DNA of 16,379 nt. Origin: Candidatus Latescibacterota bacterium. GTDB lineage: Bacteria > Latescibacterota > UBA2968 > GCA-2709665. Below, one piece after another: positions 12,601-16,379 of this stretch (position 1 is the first letter of the stretch; every line of letters starts with the position of its first letter). The stretch lies in assembly GCA_963662665.2 (NCBI GenBank), contig CAXXJS010000033.1:1-16379 (forward strand), given 5' to 3'. Position numbers and translations under genes: made by a program. The notes beneath the pieces are model-generated. The model saw nothing but the letters and a program-made list of their open reading frames with translations. It did no database searches and was not told where the DNA came from.

Positions 12601-15600
12601 TCATCCTTGCGTACCGTGGTCGCCGCCGACAGACTCACCTGCACCGTTTGCCAGACATTCCAGTCCAAGGAGCCGAATGTAAGCTGCCCGGTGGAAAGCG
12701 CTGCCGCATCGGAAACGCTCAGGGAAATCGTAACCTTCTTGTCCGGCTTCGCACTCAGGCGCACGCTCAACTCCTGCTCCGGGCTGGTGCGGCTGAATAC
12801 CGGCAGGAGAGTGCTTTCTATCCGCCCGGCCTCCACCACCGTCAGGGCAAAAACCTGGCTCGCACTCAACGGCGGCGTTCCGCTGTCGGTCGCCGAAACG
12901 CTTATCTGATAGGTCGCCGCAGTTATTCCGGAGGCACCGGAACCTATCGTGAACTTCCTGTCCAACCCTGCAAATACCAGCCACGTGGGCAGGTCTCCTC
13001 CATCTGCCAGAGACGCAGAGTAGGTGTGGCTCTGACCCGTATCCTCGTCTGTGGCCGGGTCAAACATCATCTCGAATTCATGCCCGATTATCGCCCGCCG
13101 GGACCCTATCTCGCCCAGTTCCGGAACCTCGTTTATGTCTGCTATGCTTACCTTCACTTCTCCCTTGACGCTGCCTCCATCTGGATCTTCGACCTTCACC
13201 GTCAATGTGTATTCACGCGGACCGCCTTCGTAGTTGAAGTTTACTGCTGCCTTCAAGGTGATCTGACCATCGCTTGTCCCGATCCCGAACTGGCTGCTGA
13301 CCGGCTCCAGCCCGTACTTCAGGCTCGTATCTTCATTGTCTGCATCGGTCGCAACTACTTTCCCTATACTGGTTCCTTCCGTTGTCCGGGCATCACCTGC
13401 ATTCTCGTTGAGCACTATCTCATCCGTTGTTATCTCCGGCAACTTGTTGCCCGGGCCTTCGTATGTACCTGCAACTTGTACCACCTCCGTGTGCATGTAC
13501 AACTCGTCTCCATTTTCCGCATCATGCACTAACACCGTCACCGCAAAGGCTATTCCGTCCTTGCGCTCCTGCGTCTCTGACGATATGCTTACCTGCGCAA
13601 CTTTCCAGCTGTTCCAGTCGTTTCCGTCAAACACCACCTTCTGCGGCGCCACCGATGCCACCGAACCATCCGATATCGACAGGGTAACCGTAACCTTCTT
13701 GACCGGCTTCGCACTCAGGCGTACACTCAACTCTTGCTCCGGGCCGGCGCGGCTGAACACCGGCAGGAGAGTGCTTTCTATCCGCCCGGCCTCCACCACC
13801 GTCAGGGCAAAAACCCGGCTCGCTCTCAATGGCAAGGTGCCGTCGTCGGCCACCGAAACGCTTATCTGATAGGTCGCCGCTGTTATTCCGGACGCACCGG
13901 AACCTATCGTGAACTTCCTGTCCGACCCTGCAAATACCAGCCACGTGGGCAGGTCTTCTCCATCTGCCAGAGACGCAGAGTAGGTGTGGCTCTGGCCCGT
14001 ATCCTCGTCTGTCGCCGAGTCAAACGTCATCTCGAATTCATGCCCGATTATCGCCCGCCGGGACCCTATCTCGCCGAGCTCCGGAGCCTCGTTTATGTCT
14101 GCTATGCTTATCTTCACTTCTCCCTTGATGCTGCCTCCTTCCGGATCTTCGACCTTCACCGTCAATGTGTATTCACGCGTACCGCCTTCGTAGTCGAAAT
14201 TCGTATCCACCTTCAGGGTAACCTGACCATCGCTTGTCCCGATCCCGAACTGGCTGCTGACCGGCTCGATCCCGTACTTCAGGCTCGCATCTTCATTGTC
14301 TGCATCGGTCGCAACTACTTTCCCTATACTGGTTCCTTCCGCTGTCTGGGCATCACCTGCATTCTCGTTCACCCTGACTTCGGTCGTGGAAATACGGGGG
14401 GCGTTGTTCCCCGGGCCCTCATACCGGCCTGCCACTTCTACCGGGGCTGTTTGCAAATACAACTCATCGCCCGATGCGGCTTCGTGTACCGCTACCGACA
14501 CCACAAAATCCAGATCATCCTTGCGCACCGTGGTCGCCGCCGACAGACTCACCTGCACCGTTTGCCAGATATTCCAGTCCAAGGAGCCGAATGTAAACTG
14601 CCCGGTGGAAAGCGCTGCCGCATCGGAAACGCTCAGGGAAATCGTAACCTTCTTGTCCGGCTTCGCACTCAGGCGTACACTCAACTCCTGCTCCGGGCCG
14701 GCGCGGCTGAATACCGGCAGGAGAGTGCTTTCTATCCGCCCGGCCTCTACCACCGTCAGGGCAAAAACCCGGCTCGCACTCAACTGCGGGCTGCCGTCGT
14801 CGGTCGCCGAAACGCTTATCTGATAGGTCGCCTCAGTTATTCCGGACGCACCGGAACCTATCGTGAACTTCCTGTCCGACCCTGCAAATACCAGCCACGT
14901 GGGCAGGTCTCCTCCATCTGCCAGAGACGCAGAGTAGGTGTGGCTCTGACCCGTATCCTCGTCTGTGGCCGGGTCAAACATCATCTCGAATTCATGCCCG
15001 ATTATCGCCCGCCGGGACCCTATCTCGCCCAGTTCCGGAACCTCGTTTATGTCTGCTATGCTTACCTTCACTTCTCCCTTGACGCTGCCTCCATCTGGAT
15101 CTTCGACCTTCACCGTCAATGTGTATTCACGCGGACCGCCTTCGTAGTCGAAATTCGTATCCACCTTCAGGCTAATCTGGCCATCGCTTGTCCCGATCCC
15201 GAACTGGCTGCTGACCGGCTCCAGTACGTACTTCAGGCTCGCATCTTCATTGTCTACATCGGTCGCAGCCACCTTTCCTATCCTGGTTCCTTCCGTTGTC
15301 CGGGCATCGCCTGCATTCTCGTTGAGCACTATCTCATCCGTTGTTATCTCCGGCAACTTGTTGCCCGGGCCTTCGTACGTACCTGCAACTTGTACCGCCT
15401 CCGTATGCATGTACAACTCGTCTCCAGTTTCCGCATCATGCACGGACACCGTCACCGCAAAGGCTATTCCGTCCTTGCGCTCCTGCGTCTCTGACGATAT
15501 GCTTACCTGCGCAACTTTCCAGCTGTTCCAGTCGTTTCCATCAAACACCACCTTCTGCGGCGCCACCGATGCCACCGAACCATCCGATATCGACAGGGTA

Positions 15601-16379
15601 ACCGTAACCTTCTTGACCGGCTTCGCACTCAGGCGCACACTCAACTCCTGCTCCGGGCTGGTGCGGCTGAATACCGGCAGGAGAATGCTTTCTATCCGCC
15701 CGGCCTCTACCACCGTCAGGGCAAAAACCCGGCTCGCATTCAACTGCGGGCTGCCGTCGTCGGTCACCGAAACGCTTATCTGATAGGTGGCCGCTGTTAT
15801 TCCGGACACACCGGAACCTATCGTGAACTTCCTGGCCGACCCTGCAAATACCAGCCACGTGGGCAAGTCTCCTCCATCTGCCAGGGACGCAGAGTAGGTG
15901 TGACTCTGCCCCGCATCCTCGTCTGTCGCCGAGTCAAACGTCATCTCGAATCCATGCCCGATTATCGCCCGCCGGGACCCTATCTCGCCGAACTCCGGAA
16001 CCTCGTTTATGTCTGCTATGCTTATCTTCACTTCTCCCTTGACGCTGCCTCCTTCCGGATCTTCGACCTTCACCGTCAATGTGTATTCACGCGTACCGCC
16101 TTCGTAGTCGAAATTCGTATCCACCTTCAGGGTAACCTGACCATCGCTTGTACCGATCCCGAACTGGCTGCTGACCGGCTCGATCCCGTACTTCAGGCTC
16201 GCATCTTCATTGTCCTCATCAGTAGCCGACACCGGCGTACCTATCTTCGAGCCGGCAACTGTCTGTTCATCGCCTGCATTCTCGTTGAGCACTATCTCAT
16301 CCGTTGTTATCTCCGGCAACTTGTTGCCCGGGCCTTCGTACGTACCCGCAACTTGTACCGCCTCCGTATGCATGTACAA
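675..16379 (-). CDS. Giant repetitive adhesin-like protein (cadherin-like, He_PIG/CADG-like and Calx-beta-like tandem repeats); 5' partial, terminated by a frameshift
   Basis: Uninterrupted 5234-aa ORF of ~320-aa repeats, rich in acidic residues and in Ser/Thr/Gly/Val, with no Cys seen. The apparent TTG start at 16379 is the Leu of the repeated DELYMH motif at the window edge. The TGA at 675-677 is reached only after a +1 frameshift at 691-692 (aberrant tail YGRRYA* instead of YEGGTREY). Confidence 0.92.
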   Translation of the reverse strand: MYMHTEAVQVAGTYEGPGNKLPEITTDEIVLNENAGDEQTVAGSKIGTPVSATDEDNEDASLKYGIEPVSSQFGIGTSDGQVTLKVDTNFDYEGGTREYTLTVKVEDPEGGSVKGEVKISIADINEVPEFGEIGSRRAIIGHGFEMTFDSATDEDAGQSHTYSASLADGGDLPTWLVFAGSARKFTIGSGVSGITAATYQISVSVTDDGSPQLNASRVFALTVVEAGRIESILLPVFSRTSPEQELSVRLSAKPVKKVTVTLSISDGSVASVAPQKVVFDGNDWNSWKVAQVSISSETQERKDGIAFAVTVSVHDAETGDELYMHTEAVQVAGTYEGPGNKLPEITTDEIVLNENAGDARTTEGTRIGKVAATDVDNEDASLKYVLEPVSSQFGIGTSDGQISLKVDTNFDYEGGPREYTLTVKVEDPDGGSVKGEVKVSIADINEVPELGEIGSRRAIIGHEFEMMFDPATDEDTGQSHTYSASLADGGDLPTWLVFAGSDRKFTIGSGASGITEATYQISVSATDDGSPQLSASRVFALTVVEAGRIESTLLPVFSRAGPEQELSVRLSAKPDKKVTISLSVSDAAALSTGQFTFGSLDWNIWQTVQVSLSAATTVRKDDLDFVVSVAVHEAASGDELYLQTAPVEVAGRYEGPGNNAPRISTTEVRVNENAGDAQTAEGTSIGKVVATDADNEDASLKYGIEPVSSQFGIGTSDGQVTLKVDTNFDYEGGTREYTLTVKVEDPEGGSIKGEVKISIADINEAPELGEIGSRRAIIGHEFEMTFDSATDEDTGQSHTYSASLADGEDLPTWLVFAGSDRKFTIGSGASGITAATYQISVSVADDGTLPLRASRVFALTVVEAGRIESTLLPVFSRAGPEQELSVRLSAKPVKKVTVTLSISDGSVASVAPQKVVFDGNDWNSWKVAQVSISSETQERKDGIAFAVTVLVHDAENGDELYMHTEVVQVAGTYEGPGNKLPEITTDEIVLNENAGDARTTEGTSIGKVVATDADNEDTSLKYGLEPVSSQFGIGTSDGQITLKAAVNFNYEGGPREYTLTVKVEDPDGGSVKGEVKVSIADINEVPELGEIGSRRAIIGHEFEMMFDPATDEDTGQSHTYSASLADGGDLPTWLVFAGLDRKFTIGSGASGITAATYQISVSATDSGTPPLSASQVFALTVVEAGRIESTLLPVFSRTSPEQELSVRLSAKPDKKVTISLSVSDAAALSTGQLTFGSLDWNVWQTVQVSLSAATTVRKDDLDFVVSVAVHEAASGDELYLQTAPVEVAGRYEGPGNNAPRISTTEVRVNENAGEAQTAEGTSIGKVVATDADNEDASLKYVLEPVSSQFGIGTSDGQISLKVDTNFDYEGGTREYTLTVKVEDPDGGSVKGEVKISIADINEVPELGEIGSRRAIIGHEFEMTFDSATDEDTGQSHTYSASLADGGDLPTWLVFAGSDRKFTIGSGASGITAATYQISVSVTDDGTPQLSASRVFALTVVEAGRIERNLLPVFSRAGLEQELSVRLSVRPDKEVTVTLRMSDGSVASVAPQKVVFDGNDWNSWKVAQVSISSETQESKDGIAFAVTVSVHDAENGDELYMHTEVVQVAGTYEGPGNKLPEITTDEIVLNENAGDARTTEGTSIGKVVATDADNEDTSLKYGLEPVSSQFGIGTSDGQITLKAAVNFNYEGGPREYTLTVKVEDPEGGSVKGEVKISIADINEAPELGEIGSRRAIIGHEFEMTFDSATDEDAGQSHTYSASLADGGDLPTWLVFAGSDRKFTIGSDASGITAATYQISVDVADSGTPQLNASQVFALTVVEAGRIESSLLPVFSRAGPEQELSVRLSVRPDKEVTVTLSISDGSVASVAPQKVVFDGNDWNSWKVAQVSISSETQERKDGIAFAVTVSVHDAENGDELYMHTEAVQVAGTYEGPGNKLPEITTDEIVLNENAGDEQTVAGSKIGTPVSATDADNEDASLKYVLEPVSSQFGIGTSDGQISLKVDTNFDYEGGTREYTLTVKVEDPDGGSVKGEVKISIADINEVPELGEIGSRRAIIGHEFEMTFDSATDEDTGQSHTYSASLADGGDLPTWLVFAGSARKFTIGSGASGITAATYQISVSVTDDGSPQLSASRVFALTVVEAGRIESSLLPVFNRAGPEQELSVRLSVRPDKEVTVTLSISDGSVASVAPQKVVFDGNDWNSWKVAQVSISSETQESKDGIAFAVTVSVHDAENGDELYMHTEAVQVAGTYEGPGNKLPEITTDEIVLNENAGDARTTEGTSIGKVAATDADNEDASLKYLLEPVSSQFGIGTSDGQIALKVDTNFDYEGGPREYTLTVKVEDPEGGSVKGEVKISIADINEVPELGEIGSRRAIIGHEFEMTFAPATDEDTGQSHTYSASLADGGDLPTWLVFAGSDRKFTIGSDASGITAATYQISVDVADSGTPQLSASQVFALTVVEAGRIESSLLPVFNRAGPEQELSVRLSAKPVKKVTVTLSMSDGSVASVAPLKVVFDGNDWNSWKVAQVSISSETQESKDGIAFAVTVSVHDAENGDELYMHTEAVQVAGTYEGPGNKLPEITTDEIVLNENAGDEQTVAGSKIGTPVSATDADNEDASLKYTFEPADSTFGISTDDGQISLKVDTNFDYEGGPREYTLTVKVEDPEGGSVKREVKVSIADINEAPELGEIGSRRAIIGHEFEMTFAPATDEDAGQSHTYSASLTDGGDLPTWLVFAGSDRKFTIGSGASGITAATYQINVDVADDGSPQLSASQVFALTVVEAGRIESSLLPVFNRAGPEQELSVRLSVRPDKEVTVTLRMSDGSVASVAPLKVVFDGNDWNSWKVAQVSISSETQESKDGIAFAVTVSVHDAENGDELYMHTEAVQVAGTYEGPGNKLPEITTDEIVLNENAGDEQTVAGSKIGTPVSATDADNEDASLKYTFEPADSTFGISTDDGQISLKVDTNFDYEGGTREYTLTVKVEDPEGGSVKGEVKVSIADINEAPELGEIGSRRAIIGHEFEMTFDSATDEDAGQSHTYSASLADGGDLPTWLVFAGSARKFTIGSGASGITAATYQISVDVADSGMPPLSASRVFALTVVEAGRIERNLLPVFSRTSPEQELSVRLSVRPDKEVTVTLRMSDGSVASVAPQKVVFDGNDWNSWKVAQVSISSETQERKDGIAFAVTVSVHDAENGDELYMHTEAVQVAGTYEGPGNKLPEITTDEIVLNENAGDEQTVAGSKIGTPVSATDEDNEDASLKYGVEPVSSQFGIGTSDGQITLKVDTNFDYEGGPREYTLTVKVEDPEGGSVKGEVKVSIADINEAPELGEIGSRRAIIGHEFEMTFAPATDEDAGQSHTYSASLTDGGDLPTWLVFAGSDRKFTIGSDASGITAATYQINVDVADDGSPQLSASQVFALTVVEAGRIESTLLPVFSRAGPEQELSVRLSVRPDKEVTVTLRMSDGSVASVAPQKVVFDGNDWNSWKVAQVSISSETQERKDGIAFAVTVSVHDAENGDELYMHTEAVQVAGTYEGPGNKLPEITTDEIVLNENAGDEQTVAGSKIGTPVSATDEDNEDASLKYGVEPVSSQFGIGTSDGQITLKVDTNFDYEGGPREYTLTVKVEDPEGGSVKGEVKVSIADINEAPELGEIGSRRAIIGHEFEMTFAPATDEDAGQSHTYSASLTDGGDLPTWLVFAGSDRKFTIGSGASGITAATYQINVDVADDGSPQLSASQVFALTVVEAGRIESSLLPVFNRAGPEQELSVRLSVRPDKEVTVTLRMSDGSVASVAPLKVVFDGNDWNSWKVAQVSISSETQESKDGIAFAVTVSVHDAENGDELYMHTEAVQVAGTYEGPGNKLPEITTDEIVLNENAGDEQTVAGSKIGTPVSATDADNEDASLKYTFEPADSTFGISTDDGQISLKVDTNFDYEGGTREYTLTVKVEDPEGGSVKGEVKISIADINEAPELGEIGSRRAIIGHEFEMTFAPATDEDTGQSHTYSASLADGGDLPTWLVFAGSDRKFTIGSDASGITAATYQISVDVADSGTPPLSASRVFALTVVEAGRIESTLLPVFSRAGPEQELSVRLSVRPDKEVTVTLRMSDGSVASVAPQKVVFDGNDWNSWKVAQVSISSETQERKDGIAFAVTVSVHDAENGDELYMHTEAVQVAGTYEGPGNKLPEITTDEIVLNENAGDARTTEGTSIGKVVATDADNEDTSLKYGLEPVSSQFGIGTSDGQITLKAAVNFNYEGGPREYTLTVKVEDPEGGSVKGEVKISIADINEVPELGEIGSRRAIIGHEFEMTFDSATDEDAGQSHTYSASLADGEDLPTWLVFAGSDRKFTIGSGASGITAATYQISVDVADSGTPQLSASQVFALTVVEAGRIESTLLPVFSRTSPQQELSVRLSVRPDKEVTVALRMSDGSVASVAPLKVVFDGNDWNSWKVAQVSISSETQESKDGIAFAVTVSVHDAENGDELYMHTEAVQVAGTYEGPGNKLPEITTDEIVLNENAGDARTTEGTSIGKVAATDADNEDASLKYGIEPVSSQFGIGTSDGQISLKVDTNFDYEGGPREYTLTVKVEDPGGGSVKGEVKISIANINEVPEFGEIGSRRAIIGHEFEMTFDSATDEDAGQSHTYSASLADGGDLPTWLLFAGSDRKFTIGSGASGITAATYQISVDVADDGSPQLSASQVFALTVVEAGRIESTLLPVFNRAGPEQELSVRLSAKPVKKVTVTLSMSDGSVASVAPQKVVFDGNDWNSWKVAQVSISSETQESKYDVSFVVTASVHNAEDGDELYIHTDAAEVVGRYKGPGNKPPKILVKRKTEILDLNMIVVTIKIRENAGTMESQAGTAIGEPLQVSDEDDQNGSWIYSFNPTSELFGIDSREGKITLKKAVNFNYEKGPREYRLTVKVDDEEGGIVNGEVRIEIEDINEAPELGEIGSRRAIIGHEFEMEFDPATDEDAGQSHTYSASLADGGDLPTWLVFAGSDRKFTIGSGASGITAATYQISVDVADSGTPQLSASQVFALTVVEAGRIESTLLPVFSRTSPQQELSVRLSVRPDKEVTVTLRMSDGSVASVAPLKVVFDGNDWNSWKVAQVSISSETQERKDGIAFAVMVSVHDAETGDELYMHTEAVQVAGTYEGPGNKSPEITTDEIVLNENAGDEQTVAGSKIGTPVSATDEDNEDASLKYGIEPVSSQFGIGTSDGQVTLKVDTNFDYGRRYA
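1565..2030 (-). other. Unique divergent, AT-rich module: end of the third domain plus a whole cadherin-like domain with a 13-aa insertion
   Basis: Reads KYDVSFVVTASVHNAEDGDELYIHTDAAEVVGRYKGPGNKPPKILVKRKTEILDLNMIVVTIKIRENAGTMESQAG...NFNYEKGPREYRLTVKVDDEEGGIVNGEVRIEIEDINE. The unit is 1002 bp (963+39). Hand-counted GC is about 40% at 1681-1860 versus about 57% at 721-840. Confidence 0.92.
12428..12745 (-). repeat. Alternative 'type B' third-domain/linker module, copy 1
   Basis: KPDKKVTISLSVSDAAALSTGQLTFGSLDWNVWQTVQVSLSAATTVRKDDLDFVVSVAVHEAASGDELYLQTAPVEVAGRYEGPGNNAPRISTTEVRVNENAGEAQTAEG; 2 codons shorter than the majority type. Confidence 0.92.
14342..14659 (-). repeat. Alternative 'type B' third-domain/linker module, copy 2
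   Basis: Near-identical to 12428-12745 at an offset of 1914 bp (GQFTF versus GQLTF, WNIW versus WNVW, DAQT versus EAQT). Confidence 0.92.
15365..15704 (-). other. Representative Calx-beta-like Ig-fold domain (one per unit)
   Basis: LSVRLSAKPVKKVTVTLSISDGSVASVAPQKVVFDGNDWNSWKVAQV...DG resembles the V-L-x2-P-x2-V-V...V-P-x-L-F-x3-NWN-x-Q-V-V pattern of Calx-beta-like repeats in bacterial surface proteins. Confidence 0.6.
15705..16001 (-). other. Representative He_PIG / dystroglycan-type cadherin-like (CADG) Ig domain (one per unit)
   Basis: F-x3-TDEDAGQSHTYSASLADGGDLPTWLVF...RKFT...TYQISVSVTDDG...FALTV resembles the F-x-DxD-G-x-LTYSA...G..LPSWLSFD...TFSGT...Y.I.VTATD consensus of CADG/He_PIG repeats. 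Confidence 0.78.
16002..16325 (-). other. Representative cadherin-like domain (one per unit)
   Basis: NKLPEI...LNENAG...IGTPVSATDED...LKY...FGIGTSDGQVTL...FDYE...YTLTVKVED...VKISIADINE matches the cadherin pattern (xEN, AxDxD, F-x-I...G, LDYE/LDRE-like, DxNE/DxND-P Ca2+-binding motifs). Recognised by eye, not by a profile search. Confidence 0.88.

Larger units (their letters stand above)
1..16375. repeat. Intragenic tandem array of 17 units of about 960 bp
   Basis: The anchor ACAACTC (ACAGCTC in one unit), encoding E-L-Y, recurs at 1, 965, 1967, 2927, 3887, 4850, 5813, 6776, 7739, 8702, 9662, 10625, 11585, 12545, 13499, 14459, 15413, and begins again at 16376. Spacings are 964, 1002, 960, 960, 963 x5, 960, 963, 960, 960, 954, 960, 954, 963. 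All are multiples of 3 except the 964-bp frameshifted unit. Confidence 0.98.

Noticed and set aside
12072-15494. Long plus-strand ORFs (12072-13532, 486 aa; 13734-15494, 586 aa) as real antisense genes
   Set aside because: They are antisense shadows of the adhesin. They are long because the type B module lacks the TGA (TCTCTGACG) that ends this frame in type A units. Their composition is Arg/Cys/Leu-rich with no recognisable domain.
63-15858. Recurrent 60-210 aa ORFs on both strands (e.g. MAGICRVGQEV..., MLSPATCC..., MSASVA...)
   Set aside because: They recur only because the DNA is repeated, overlap the main CDS in other frames, and gain or lose starts and stops with synonymous changes in the main frame.
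1-16379. CRISPR array or repeat-spacer system
   Set aside because: The period is about 960 bp, the sequence is coding throughout, and there are no short repeats separated by unique spacers.
1-16379. Diversity-generating retroelement template/variable repeat pair
   Set aside because: No reverse transcriptase is present in the window, and the differences between units are shared patches involving all bases rather than adenine-specific changes.
16377-16379. TTG as the true start codon
   Set aside because: It is the Leu codon of the repeated DELYMH motif cut by the window edge, and no signal peptide or unique N-terminus follows.

Overview
The whole window is an internal part of one giant, repeat-built gene on the minus strand, most likely a bacterial surface or secreted Ca2+-binding adhesin. 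Neither the true start nor the true stop is visible. It holds 17 tandem units of about 960 bp (954, 960, 963, 964 or 1002 bp). Each unit encodes three beta-sandwich modules: a bacterial cadherin-like domain (ENAG, ATDxD, FDYE, DINExP), a He_PIG/CADG-like Ig domain (LPTWLVF ... TYQISVxxxD) and a Calx-beta-like Ig domain (VRLSxxPxKxVTVTL ... F-x4-WN). The 5234-aa ORF ends only because of one extra C at 691-692; the repeat continues intact in the shifted frame to position 1. The units are a mosaic of a few alternative sequence patches, with traces of 2- and 3-unit higher-order duplication. There is one AT-rich, strongly divergent cadherin module (about 1565-2030) with a 13-aa insertion, and two copies of an alternative third domain 1914 bp apart. 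The other ORFs in the track look like antisense or alternate-frame shadows. I saw no RNA genes, CRISPR arrays or mobile elements.
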